Source: Balamuthia mandrillaris
Lineage: Eukaryota
Reading direction: 5' to 3'
Length of the DNA stretch: 64,000 nt
Assembly: GCA_031835245.2 (NCBI GenBank)
Contig: JAVKOQ020000032.1
Location: 186,001 to 250,000, forward strand
The position numbers and the translations under genes were made by a program. Each line of letters opens with the position of its first letter. The stretch's first letter is position 1. Of the stretch, positions 12,648 through 25,341 are shown one piece after another. The notes beneath the pieces are model-generated. The model worked only from the letters and a program-made list of their open reading frames with translations. It was not told the DNA's origin and did no database searches.

Positions 12648-12880
12648 AAATTTAATTAATTGAATGCTTTGTGCGTAGGCCAATGGGCTGCGGTTCGACT
12701 CTTAATATCTCCACTTTTCGATTATCTTTTTTTTTTAATATTTTCCATTCCTTTACACCATGTTTTTCTTTTTTTAACTTTTTTTTTTAATCATGGGCAT
12801 GAATACAAGAATGTTGTTATTGTTGGGTTGTCTCTTTATATCTTTCTTTTGTTGAGCAACGGAGTAAATCAGAGAACCGC

Positions 12881-13717
12881 TCAAGAATGCTCTGCCGGCA
12901 CTTGATCCTCCTCCTCGTTGAGGATGAGCAGAGTAATAATCTCCTCCAGTAACTCCTGCGGGACTTGAGCCAATGCCACGGTGCTCTCGTCTCTTTTCGC
13001 AGCAGCAGGAGCAGCGGTAGGAGCAGCTGTAGAAGGCCCCTCTTCGGCATTCCCACCAAGGCATTCTTTCCGCGCCCTTGCTGCACACAACAAGAACGTC
13101 TTGGCTGCAAGCCTACATTCCCTCGATACCTCTTCCCCTACGCGCACGATGTGCGTCGTTCCGTGGACGCGGTGCAGGTTGGCGTTGCTTCTGTCCGCTA
13201 TGAGTATCTCCGTGTCGCGTATGTAAGGCAGAGCAAAGTCTCCATATGCTCCATACTGGAAGTGGATGTTTTCGGGTTCTGTCTCGTGCCACATCGTGTA
13301 CAGGCGACCATAGTCTATCTCACGTATGCAGTCTCTATGAGCATCAGTATTGATGGTAAGAGGACGATTGGCTCGAACTCTGACGGGATAGGAGAAGGAG
13401 GGAATAGGGCATCGGAATGGTTCGATGTGGAACTCCTCGGCTTCTTCCTCCTCTTCCTTCTCTTCTTCCTTGGGAGCGGAGAAGACGATGGTGTCGCCAT
13501 TGCGAACCGTGAGGTCGTGTCGTTGAAAGAGGATATGGCGGACGGGTTGGTCTCTGGAAGCTGGAAGTTTTAGCAGCACCTCTGCCATGTTATAATAGAG
13601 TCAGAAATAAACCAAAAAAAAAAAACGAGAGAAGGTCAAAAGAAACAACAAGCAAAGACAAGAAAGCAAAAGCGGACTCTACTTCCAACAAAGAAAACGA
13701 AGAATGATACGAATGAC

Positions 13718-13782
<65 letters not shown>

Positions 13783-14312
13783 GAACCTTCTGTTTCGCCA
13801 GCTGGCACTTGAAACTGCGCAGGCCTACCACCAAGCGCGAAAGGCCAGACCATGCCCTCCCTCACGGCCATGCTCACCGTTACCGCAGTCTCTCGCTCGT
13901 TCCTCACATAAACCACCCAATGGGACGGCACGCAGCGCACCCGCATCGTCTTCAACACGGACTCATCTTGCTCGCCTCCTTTGCTCGGATCGTCCAGAAC
14001 AAACTCAAAGGTCGGGTTGACATCATGGCGTCTAGGAATCGGAACCAGCGCTTGTGGCGCGAAGCTTTGGCCTAGCTCTCTACGATAAGGCATCCACGCC
14101 AAGACGGTCAGACCTTCGGAAGGGTGGAACGTCTTCTGATAGTGTTCGGGTGGAAAGCTGGCTTCGCCTTCGGGCTTCTGTTCCTGCGGCCAGTCCGAGA
14201 TGGCGTTGCCGCAAGCGAAACAGCTGGCATCAGCGGGATAGGCTCTGAACCAAACGTCCGGTTCGCATTGGGATGGGCCCAGGCGAGGATGTTTTACCAG
14301 GAAGGAAGTCAT
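12881..14312 (-). CDS. Hypothetical protein, two exons (intron ~13787-13583)
   Basis: Two non-repetitive ORFs join in frame via GAA G|GTTCAT...GGCAG|AG GTG. No recognised domain. The start codon is uncertain. Confidence 0.65.
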
Positions 14313-14762
14313 GCTTGTTGTTTCCAAGCAGCGCACAACTTTTTTCTTTTTTTTCTTTGGTCAGTGTGTTCCTTTAAGTTTGGTCTTTTATTTTCCTCGC
14401 TTTATATTGAAGGACAAATATATTTTAGTGAAAGGTCGCTCTTCCCTGCAACGAAGAGAAGAGAACGATGAAGAGAACGATGAAGAGAACGATGAAGAGA
14501 AGAGAAGAGAACGATGAAGAGAAGAGATGAGAAGAGAAGAGAAGAGAAGAGATGAAGCGGAGCGCACGAGAGGAGAGGGGGAGAGAGAGAGAGAGAGAGA
14601 GAAGAGAGAGGGAACAAAAAACGGGTTGTGTTTCTTTACATCCAAAAATATTTACTGGGAAGCGTAAAGGTTTTGTTTTTGTGGAGGAAGGACAAAACTC
14701 CAATCAACAGCAAGACTCTGATAGCTTTTCAACCTCAGCAAGAAAAAGAGGGTTGATAAAGC

Positions 14763-16315
14763 TTACGAGGAAGCAACGATGGGGAACGTGGAATCGTAGA
14801 GAATGCCGCAAGTGCCACAAACAGTAACACGGGAAGGTCCATCCTTGCATGCAGTACCATCCTGTTAATTCACAGAGTTTTAGTATTTCTGGTCATCGAC
14901 AAAATGGAGAAGAGGTAAACGGACCCTGGGAGTAAGATCAATTCCGCAAGTAGGGTTGGATTGTCTCTTCACACGGATGTAACCGTTCTCACCCCAGGCA
15001 GGACCCCATGAGTTCCTCACCAACCAGTAGTCCTGGCCGGTCTTCTCATCAGTGCCATAACCAACCAACTTAATTACAGAGAAGGAGAACAAGTCAGTCA
15101 AATTTGTGATGGGAGAGAAAGAGAAAGAGAAAGAGAAATAAAAGCGACAGGAAGAGAGTTTACCTGAACGGCGTGGTTGATGTCAGGGTTGGTCTGGTTA
15201 CAACCGTCGTAGACACCACCTTCATAGTTGTGCCACGTGGAGGCATCAACGCTGATAGCAATGGGGCCAAGAGTAGCAACGGCCTTTTTGGTATGAAATG
15301 AAACATGTGAGCAGGCAAAGGAAACTTGACAAAAAACAAAATAGCTAACGAAAGGACTCACCTGAAGAAGAGGGGTATACTTGTTAGATGGGATAACCAC
15401 GTAGCTTCCGACCTTGGCAGCAACTTTGGTGCGAGAAGCGTTGAAGCGGCATTGGAAGGCCTCACCAAAGTAGGAGGTGTAAGGGTAAGTCCATTCAGTG
15501 GCCAAGCCCTGCTCGAAGGCCACCAGGCGAGTGTAAGCCAACTCTACAGTGCCTCCGTGGCAGCCACCTAACGGAAACAACGTAAGTCCTAAATCCAAAA
15601 AAAAAAACAAGAGAAAACACTCGAAAAAAGAAACGGTACCAGTGCCACCACATTCGTCGGGGTTAGGAGTACAATCCAAGATCTGTTGTTCGGAGAGAGT
15701 GAAGAGCTGACCAGTCTTCTTAGCATAAGCGCTCTCCAAGGTCTCAGCAGCAGCAAAAGTCCAGCAAGAACCACACTTGCCTTGATCAATCGGGGAAGGG
15801 AAAGGAAATCAAAGTAAATACACACTGGCAAAAAAAGGGGGAGTATGAAGGAAGGGGTTAAGAGGGGTACCTTGGTCCTTCACAGGGGACACGATTCCTT
15901 GTTCACGCCAGTCGACGCGGGAGGGAAGGGACTCCACACCCAAGGGGGCGCTCCACACGGGGGGGCGACGAGACTGCCTCAGGGTGTGGCCAACGCTCTT
16001 GTCGTAGCCCAACAAGGCGCGTTGCTCCTCGGCGGTGCGGTCGGTCAGGTGGTTGACGCCCATCTTCCAGGTCTTGGTGGGGTCCCTGTTGTGGGCCTTG
16101 ATCTCGCTCAGGCGGCTCTCAAAGAGCTTCTGGCGCATGGCGTGCTCCTCAGGGGAGGCGTAGCGGGGCTGGTACTCCCTCACAAAGTCATCAAAGGAGT
16201 AGCCCACCTCCTCCAACTCGAACCACTGGGTCTTGGGCTTGGCCTCCGCCGCTGCTACCAAAAGCGTAGCAGCAACCAGGGCCACAACGGCCAAACGCAG
16301 CAGCATGCCTGTCAT
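14763..16315 (-). CDS. Papain-family (C1A, cathepsin L-like) cysteine protease with signal peptide and I29 propeptide, 6 exons
   Basis: Signal peptide, ERFNIN/GNFD-like prodomain, [18 protein letters not shown] (catalytic Cys), NHAVQLVGYG (His), YWLVRNSWG (Asn). Confidence 0.95.
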
Positions 16316-16549
16316 CTTCGTGTCTATTTTTTGCAAAAGTTGAAGAAAGAAAAAAAAATGAAAAGATAAATAAATGGATTGGGGCCACCTAAAAAGTTGC
16401 AGTAAGGAGAAATGAAAGACAGGATAATAGGAAAAGTTGGGCGAAAACTCCTGATCGGGCTGGGTTTTTCATAGGAACTCTCCCATTGGTGAAAATCCCG
16501 ATTTATGATCTTGATCTCTGTGTGCTGAGTAACAAACAAGGCCAAGAAA

Positions 16550-16560
16550 GGAGTCGAACC
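16550..16560 (-). promoter_or_regulatory. Isolated Pol III B-box-like motif in the protease/EamA divergent promoter
   Basis: Minus strand GGTTCGACTCC, an identical 11-mer to 2668-2678. Confidence 0.45.
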
Positions 16561-16612
16561 GACGGACTGTTTGCCTGCAAATAAGGTAAATTTGAACGAA
16601 AAAAGGAAAAAA

Positions 16613-17406
16613 ATGGCGACAGAGGAGAAAGAAGTAGCAGAGGGCTCTCTGATGGGGACCTCGTCGATGTCCGTAAGAAACAGAGCCACGAAAGGCGACT
16701 CTATGGATAGCCTGCAACAGCAGCAGAGGGAGAGCCGTTTGGGCGGACGGAAAGGCAGAGGCCTGACTCGGGAGTCGTTCGTCAGCTTTCTGGCCCGATG
16801 GAAGTTTTTCTTCATCGTTTGCATTTTGGTGATAGTTCAAATAGGGTTTTCAGGCTACGCCATCGTGCTCAAAGCCTCTCCCAAGCAAGACGCCCTCATC
16901 TTTTCTCTGCTTCGTGACGTCTGTTGCTTTCCTGTACGACAAAAACACAACCTCACTACCCTTTTTTTTCACTTCAGGTTGTTCTTTTCTCACTTTATAT
17001 GTAGGTACTGTTGTTGGCTGCTACCATCGTGGAAGGGCCTCAATTGCCAAAGCTCTGGGACATTCCCATATTTATTGGGTTGGGCTTGACTGGTATCTTT
17101 GGCAATCAGCTGCTCTTCATTTTGGGTCTGTACTTTACAAATCCAAACTATGCCTCCATTTTTCAGGTTTCAACATTCAACTTTTTCTTCCTTTTTTTTC
17201 TTTTCTGTCTTTTCTTTTCTTTCTTTTCTTTTCTTTTCTTTTCTTTTCTTTTCTTTTCTTTTCTTTTCTTTTCTTTTCTTTTCTTTTCTTTTCTTTTCTT
17301 TTCTTTTCTTTTTCTTTTCTTTTCTTTTCTTTTCTTTTTCTTTTCTTTTCTTTTCTTTTTCTTTTCTTTTCTTCTTTTTCTTTCTTTTTTCTCTTTCTTT
17401 TCTTTC

Positions 17407-17437
<31 letters not shown>

Positions 17438-18822
17438 CTTTTCTTTTCTTTTCTTTTCTTTTCTTTTCTTTTCTTTTCTTTTCTTTTCTTTTCTTTTCTT
17501 TTCTTTTCTTTTCTTTTTGCTTTTGCTTTTTTCTTTTCCCTTTTCTATTTCTGTGTTGTTTCTGTTTCAAGCTCTTTTTCCATGTTTATACACTTCTTTT
17601 TCTCTATTCTTTTTATTTCTTATCTTGCACTGATTCTTTGCTTATTCGTTTCTGTTTCAATCTCTATTCTTTCTATTTCTTTGTCGTTGTCTTCTTGCCT
17701 TTCTGTTTCATTTTGGAATTTTCTCCTTTTTTGCTTCTTCTCTCTTATCTCTCGGCCGACTGACAACGGACGACAACAGCCATGCATACCTGTGATAACG
17801 GCCCTCCTAGCTATCGTCTTTCGGATTGAACGATTGGAATTCACAAGGTTGAGAGGGTGGGGCAAAATCTTTGGCATTCTCGCCGCCACAGGCGGCGCCA
17901 TTGTCATCATCGTGCTCAACAATGACAAGAAGGACCACGACCACAAGAGCAAAGGCCAACTACTGATAGGCAACTTTTTGTTGCTGGGCAACTGCACTTG
18001 CATGGCTGTCTACGTTCTCCTCCAGAAACGCTTCCTCTTCACAATGCCAGCACGAAAAGAAACTAACACGGAACAACCACCACGACCTCAACTTTCTTCT
18101 TCTCCTGATACTGCCAAAGACGAAGAAGCACAGACGCTACTTCCTAGTGTTGTCGATGAGATTCCCCCTCGCCACACTCTGAACATTAATATCAATGGTG
18201 AAGATGAAGCACGAACGTCGTTACCCTCACCCACCACAAGCAAACGAACAAGGAAGATAAGGCCACCTCCTGCACCACAAGCTAAATATCCTCCCATCCA
18301 TGTAACAGCATGGGCTTATGGCTTTGGCGCTCTTATCATGATTCTCGCAAGCTTTTACTATGTCATCAAGAAGGACTGGGAAAAGGTACGAAAAAACTGC
18401 GCCAACAACACATCCTTTCCAAAAACAGCCTTCTTACAAAAATACTTTAAAAGTTTCATTTACATTTTGAGGTACTGGAACCATTGAGCTATGCAGTCTT
18501 TGTCTCTTCTGCTCTTTGCTATGGCCTCATCACCTGGGCCAACAAGCACACCTCCTCCACAGTGGTAACAGCCTTTTGGCCGTTGCAAGTGCCTGGCACG
18601 GTGCTCATGTCATTCCTCTTCTTCGGGGATACTTTGCAATGGAACGCTTACTTGGGGGGCTCTTTGATCATTGTGGGCTTGTTGTTGGTTTGTTGGTCCA
18701 AGTTCTCCCAGGAGAAAGAGGATGAGAAGCAAAGATTGTTGTTGTTGGCGGAGGCGGAGGAGGAGGAAGAAGGGGAAGATGAAGAAGAGGAAGAGGGAGA
18801 AGGTGCACAAAAAGCAGAGTGA
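16613..18822 (+). CDS. EamA/DMT (WAT1-like) membrane transporter, 4 exons
   Basis: FSLLRDVCCFP, GLTGIFGNQLLFILGL, ASIFQPCIPVIT, GKIFGILAATGGA, GNFLLLGNCTCMAVY, TAFWPLQVP. About 10 TM segments. Confidence 0.85.
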
Positions 18823-18997
18823 GGTGGATTTTAAGTTTTTGTAAAAAAATTTTTTGATGGGAGGGGAACACACACAACAGAGAGGAAACTACGAAAGTGG
18901 ATATCGATAGCACACAACGAAAATAAAGATACTATAATGAATATTAAAAAAACAAATATAAAAAAAAGAGAACAAGGAAAGAAACCGTTCGAACAGT

Positions 18998-20742
18998 TCA
19001 GTCATCGCCCACATCCAACTTGCCCAAGAACGCAAGCAGCTCCGAGTACTCTGGGTCGTTGATCTCCGAGATGACCCGACGTGAAACGGTCTTCACCGCT
19101 CCTCGAAGGGATACCTTTGGGGAGATGGTGCTTCCTTCTGTTGCTCCATTGCTGCTGCTTCCTCCTGCTGAAGAGTCATCACTGGTGCGATTGCTTGAAG
19201 AAGACTCGCCATTGGACTCGCCGTTAAGCATGGAGGCGATGGTTACTGGTGCTGCTATCTCGTCCAGCTGTGGACGAGCTTTCTCTAACGCGTCTTTTTC
19301 TACAAGGGAAGAAACGAGATGGTTAAACAGCAGCCAAGAAAGAATGAATAAAGGAAAAGAGAGAAAAAATAGAAACCTTCTTTCTGAGTGCTATTAAGGA
19401 ACTTGGAGAGTTGCGCAAACTCCTCCTCCAGCTTGCCCATATGCTCCTGGTGCTCCTGGTCCAAGGCCTGCTCCTCCTCTGTCCTCATCTCCTTCGTGAA
19501 CTTGCATACCTCTGAGTCCGGCCTGATGTTCGGCAGATTATTGCGAATGAAATCCTCCAAAGCGTCATGCTGCTCCTTCTGGCGGCTCTTCTCCAGGCGT
19601 TGCATCTCCCGCTCGGCCTGCATGCATTCCTCCTGCTGGGTTTGGAGGAGGTTCTGCTGGCGAGAGTGGTGCTCCTCCAGCTTAGTCATGCGCTCATCCC
19701 ACTGCTTCTGGATGAGGAGATTGAGCTGGCGGCGGTGCTTGGTCTGAAGGTAGACTACCCTCTCGGCCTGCTCCTCACGCAAGGTAGCCTGGGCGGTGGT
19801 CTGCTGCTCAGTCAAAAAGGCGAGCTGCTCGGCCTGCTGACTGAGCAGCTCTCTCTCCACGTTCTGTCGCCTTCTCAAGGCCTCCTCCAGGAACTGCACC
19901 TCGTCCAGCTGCTGCTTCTTCTTAAAGTCCTGCCTGTCCTTCATTTTCTGCTTCTTGGAGAAGGAGGGAGACTTGCTCTTCTGCTTCTGCTGCTTCAGCC
20001 ACTCCCTGACTTCCTGTTTTTGGCCTTCCTTGAACTCCCTCGTGCCGATTCTCTCCTCCTCCTGTACCTGCCTCGCCAGCTGCTCCGCCATCAGCTTGTG
20101 ATGTGCCGCCACCTGCTCCCTCTGTAGGGCCTGCGCTTCCGTTTGCAGTCGCTGCTCCATCTCCATCTCCGCCTGCTGCATCTCCACCTCCATGGCGTGC
20201 TGCTTCTTGAGGACATGCATCTTGATCTCCAGCGTGTCCAAAAAGTGTTTGGTGGCGTGGTTGACCTCCTCGCCTAGCTGTTCTCTCATCTTTTGCATGA
20301 TCTGGCGTTGTTGAATCCTGTTCACAGAGTGCTCTTTCTTCATCTCCTCCAGGTTCAATCGGTGCTGGAAGACCAGACTCATGAAAGTTACTTCAGACTT
20401 GTGCTCGTTGTCAAACTGCTTCAAGTCATTTGCTTTGCTGCGATTCGCTATATAGATTAAAACGTTATTATCGTGAGTTACTTTCTTTTTAAGAAACAAA
20501 AGGAGAGAACAATAGAAATAGTCAGACTTACATCCAGATTTCTTCATCTTCTTGCGTTCTACGGCATAGGCCGCCTCTTTGGCCTTCATGTCGGTCTTGA
20601 AATCCTTGCTGGACTTCTTCTGGTCGTCTTTGACGTCCTTTTGGGCTTTCCGCTTATCGACAGCATGCTGCCTTTGCATTTGCTTCACCTCCAACCCGTG
20701 ATCTGTAATGAGAATGTGTACAAAAAAATAAGTGATTTGTAC

Positions 20743-20774
<32 letters not shown>

Positions 20775-21423
20775 GAAAAAGAGGAAAAAAAAGTACTTCG
20801 CAGCATTTCCTCCATGAAGGTCTGTTGGTCTTTGAGTAGCTTCTTGTAGTTCTGTTGTAGCTTCTTGTGTTTGGTGGACATTGCCAACTGATGCGTTTTC
20901 TGCAGTTGGTCCACTTGATCCTGATGTGCCTTGGTCTGACGCTCCGTCTGTTGCTCGTGCGTCTTCATCAACTTCTTCATCTGTCTGAGTTGCATTCGCA
21001 GCAACTTCTTCTTGACGATAGCGCCGGGAGCGTTGCTCTTCTTCAAGGTTCTGGTGAGTGTTTGTGGTCGCTGGGCTTGGACAGCGTGTTTTTTCTCCTT
21101 TCTCTCTGCGTGCAGCTCTTCTCTGGTCTTGCCTTGTGCTAAACCAGAGGAAGAAGTAGCGGGAGAAGCGGCAGGAGAAGAAGGAACCGAGGAAGAGCCG
21201 GACCAATTTTGTACGTCAAGCCTGTTTTCGTCCTTTTCTTTGTTGGACATGCTGCTCCGATACTGGCCTGGGCTTCCAGCCGATGAGTTGTTATTTATGA
21301 TTACAGTGTCACTACTATCCGACAATTGGAAACTTGGAACATCTATAGTTCAAAAACAAAAAAATAAGAAAGAAAAAGATGAAAAAAAAAACAAAGAAAG
21401 ATAGAAAAGGAGAAAGAGAGAAA

Positions 21424-21462
<39 letters not shown>

Positions 21463-22237
21463 CAAGAAAGACGGGAATAAAAGGAGAATGTACCGCCAGG
21501 AGCACGTGGCTTAGGCTCAGAATCAGCACCCTCTTTGCGTGTGCCATTGCGTTGTGGTGGTGGCGTCAAAGGAGGAGGCGGGCTGAGAGGTGGCGGCGGC
21601 GTGCCGCTCTTCTTCAGAGAACCGGCGGGAGAAGCGGCGGGAGAGATGCCAGGAGAACTAGTAGGGGAGTCAAAGTCAACGGTGTCGCCCGAGTTCAAGT
21701 CATCTTCCTGAGCGGCGGAGATGTAAGCCGCCTCGGCTTCTTTGGTCATGCGTATCAAATCTACAAGGCATTCGCCCTTCTGACCTCTAACTTTGGCAAA
21801 CCAAGGATGCTTTTGTTTTGTTGTTGTTAAAAGAGTGAAAGAACATAACAGAAAAATAAGGGCAACAAAAGAGCAAAAACAGAAAGAGAGAAAAGAAAAA
21901 GAAAAAAGGGAATGGGAATGGATAACATACATCCAACAACTCTCTGGCTGACTTTCTCTCGTCAGGGTTCTTGATGAAGCATTCAGCCAAGAAGTCGCGA
22001 AACTCGTTGGACCACAGTTTGCTGTTCTTGAGTTTAGGGGGCGGGTTCTTGGGGATCTGCATGACGGCGGTCATAGGAGCAATGTCATGGAGGGGAGGCT
22101 GCAGCTCCGCCATTTCAATGCAGGTGATTCCCAAAGACCATACATCACATTTAGGGCCGTAGGGTGCTATTACTGTGTTTACTACTTCTGGTGCAATCCT
22201 GATGGAGGTGTATTGATAAACACAAGGCAACAAAAAT

Positions 22238-22281
<44 letters not shown>

Positions 22282-23006
22282 CAATAAGGTGTGCCGATAA
22301 ACGTTCTTCGCTTATCTTTAGGGCTTGACATTTCGGCAGAGACACCAAAATCTGTCAACTTCACAGCGCCGCTCTCAGTCAGCAGAATGTTGGCTGCCTT
22401 GATGTCTCTGTGAATGATGCCCTTGTCGTGAAGGTAGGCCAACGCCTTCAAGCTTTCGTAGGTAATGTAAGCAATTTGTTCCTCTTTGAGCGGCCTCTCC
22501 AAAACTTGGTACAAGTCGTTTGCGGAACCACCGTCACACAGTTCCATTGCAATCTTTATAAACACCAACACAACCATCAGCATCATCATCATCAGAAAAC
22601 TGTGAAAGAAGCAAGAAGAAAGAAGAAAGAAGGACGAGAAAGAAAGAAACGACAAGAAAGGAGAAGAAAAGGAAGAATGAAAGAAAGCATAAAAGAGAGG
22701 AACAAAGATGAAAGACGGTACAAATAATTCGTCGCACTCCTTGTCCTCCCTCTTCCAACTTCCAAAATACTTGACAATGTTGGGGTCGCCCTGGCACTTG
22801 TCCAGGATGGAGATCTCCACCGCCATCTCCTCAAACGTGTCGTCCTCCTCCAGGCCAATGATCTTCAAGGCCACCACCTCTCCCGTGGGCTTGTAGATGG
22901 CTTTGTAGACGTGACCATAGGAGCCGACGGCGAGCTCCTCCAACAGGTCAAACAGCCGCGTGGGGTCCTCTTTAGAGGTCAAGATTTTGTCTATGCAGGA
23001 GCTCAT
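18998..23006 (-). CDS. STE20/GCK-family Ser/Thr kinase with long C-terminal coiled coil (SLK/TAO-like architecture)
   Basis: AVGSYGHVYK, VALKII, HRDIKAANIL, DFG, TFIGTPYWIAPEV (STE20 signature) and a Q/E/K-rich coiled-coil tail. Confidence 0.93.
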
Positions 23007-23475
23007 TGTGGTGGATTGGTCTTCGCTCCCAAAAAGAATCAAACTTTAAAAAACAAAGCGAAGCAATCGAGTTGATTGCTTGTTTTTTTTGCCGGAAGAA
23101 AAGAAAAGTGCCGATGAAAAAGAAAACAAACAAAAAAACAGTCAGCATCAGAGAATAAAAAAAAAGACGATGAAAGATGAGAAAGTTATAGAAAAAAGGG
23201 AAAAGAAGGATGTGCAATGTGAGAAGAGGGCAGAGAGAGAGAGAGAGAGAGAGAGAGTTACCCTTTTGGAGAAAGACGAAGAAAAGCAAGGCCCTTCTCC
23301 TTTGTTTTTTTTTTCTCTCTTCTGGAATCCCAGGATTGCCTCTTTCTATCTTTTCTTCCCCCCTCGCTCACGCAAAAAGCAGCAAGCTTCTCCAAAAACT
23401 AGAAGGGCAGGAGGCGTTTGTTGGGAGGGAGGTCCCCAAAGTGTTAGCTAGTAGTGTTTTGTTGTTTGGTTGGTT

Positions 23476-23515
23476 GGGCTGGGCTGGGCTGGGCTGGGCT
23501 GGGCTGGGCTGGGCT
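23476..23515 (+). repeat. (GGGCT)8 tandem repeat, G-quadruplex-capable
   Basis: Eight perfect GGGCT units between the kinase and CISD3 genes. Confidence 0.9.
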
Positions 23516-23646
23516 GGCCGGTTTTGTTCGAACGCGGTTCACCGGGACCCCTTGCTTGTCAAACGTGTCCTCCTCTCTCCCCCTTCCAACTTACTGTTGC
23601 TTATGGCACAACGGAAAATAAAAAAATATTAATCAAAAATCTTGCT

Positions 23647-23690
<44 letters not shown>

Positions 23691-24599
23691 TCTCTTCTCT
23701 TCTCTTCTTTCTCTTTCTCTCTTCTTTCTCTTCTCTCTCTTCTCTTTCTCTTCTTCTCTTCTCTTTCTCTTTCTTTCTCTCTTTCTCTTCTCTTCTCTTC
23801 TCTTCTTTCTCTTCTCTTCTTTCTTTCTTTCTCTTCTCTTCTCTTCTCTCTTCTTCTCTTTCTCTTCTCTTCTCTTTCTCTCTCTCTCTCTTTCTTTCTT
23901 CTCTTTCTTTCTGCCTGGTAACAAACAAAAAACAAAAAAAAAACAAATCGATTTGAACAATCTTGAGGGGAGGGGGCAAGAAAGATAACAAAATATAAAA
24001 TAAGAACAAATCCAACAGGGAACAACAACTGTTAGGATCAACAAAAAAAAAGGGGGGGTTGTTGTTCCGGCGAACGAACTTGAAGCTTGCCACTTACCGC
24101 TTACTCCGCCTGCTGCCGGTTCACCACAATATTTTTTTTTGGCGTTATACTATCACACAAATATATCAGAGGTCGCTCTTTCGCGCTCAAATACACGCAG
24201 GAGGGAGAGCAAGCAAAGACTCCCAACAACAACGTTAAACAAAAAAAAAAAAACGAAACCACCGCTTTACCCCGTAGGGGTCTTTCTCCTTTCTCTCTGT
24301 GAAAGCAGCTCGTTTCGCCTGGTTGCTCTTTCTCTTCCCAACAACGAGACTCCCCAGCTTTTAAAAAAAACTTAAAAAAATTTCGCACCATATTTTAATA
24401 TGAATCCATTAGCAAGAAGTTTAAAAATAATTTGCGCATTTGTGTCGACTAACAGCACAGCAGCGGCGAAAGGGACCAACAATTTTTCCGAATGATCGAC
24501 AATCGGCGGTTTCCGAATCGATTATCGCACATAATTTTTGAATGGCGACCAATTCATAATTATCAACGAAATATCGATAAAGAGGTGGCAGCAAGGAAG

Positions 24600-25084
24600 A
24601 TGAACGCCGCCGCCAAGATGACCACCCTTTGTTCTTCTGCTACCGCTACTGCTGCTCGTGGAAGGGGAAGACTTTATGCTTACCATCGGTTAGGCTTTTG
24701 CACCACCTCTACTTCTTCTGCCATGCCTACAGCAGCAACAACAACGACCCAACCTTGTCCTCGCATCGCTCAAGCCGGGCCGTACGAGTTTCAGGTCAAG
24801 GCCGGAACACGCTACTCCTGGTGCACCTGTGGTCATAGTGAAAAACAGGTCTCTCTATTCTTTCTTTCTCTCTCTCTCTCTCCCTTCCTCATTGATTTTT
24901 GTGGTTTTGCCAACAGCCTTTGTGTGATGGAGCACACAAACGAATGGAGGGCGGGTTTAAGCCGCTGCGGATCGTTGCGGAGAAGGACGAGACGGTTTGG
25001 TTTTGTGGCTGCAAACACACCCGCACCCCACCTTTTTGTGATGGCTCTCATGCCGACCTCCCCGCAACGGGCACTACTTCTTGA
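24600..25084 (+). CDS. CISD3: CDGSH iron-sulfur domain protein 3 (MiNT/Miner2-like); intron 24849-24916
   Basis: Two motifs, WCTCGHSEKQPLCDGAH and FCGCKHTRTPPFCDGSH, after an Arg/Thr-rich presequence. Confidence 0.9.
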
Positions 25085-25135
25085 GCACACTCCCCTCCAC
25101 TTTTTTGATGTTGTGGAGAGAGAGAGAGCGAGAGC

Positions 25136-25175
<40 letters not shown>

Positions 25176-25341
25176 GGAGAGGGAGAGAGGGAGAGAGAGA
25201 GAACAAGAAAAAGTGAAAGAGAGAGATCCATTATTACAACATGAAGAAGAAGAAGTCAGAGAGACTAAAACACACACAACAAAAACTAAGGAACTCACAC
25301 AAAGCAGTCATTCCTCTCCTCCGCCTCTTTCTTTTTTCCCT

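Noticed and set aside
14454..14525. CRISPR-like appearance of GAAGAGAACGAT repeats (also AAACGACGAAAGAG at ~43650)
   Set aside because: Head-to-tail minisatellites with no spacers, in a eukaryotic context with no cas genes.
15845..16369. Antisense ORFs over GC-rich exons (also 19567-20127, 12965-13573, 61172-61657)
   Set aside because: Shadow ORFs caused by the codon bias of the real gene on the opposite strand.
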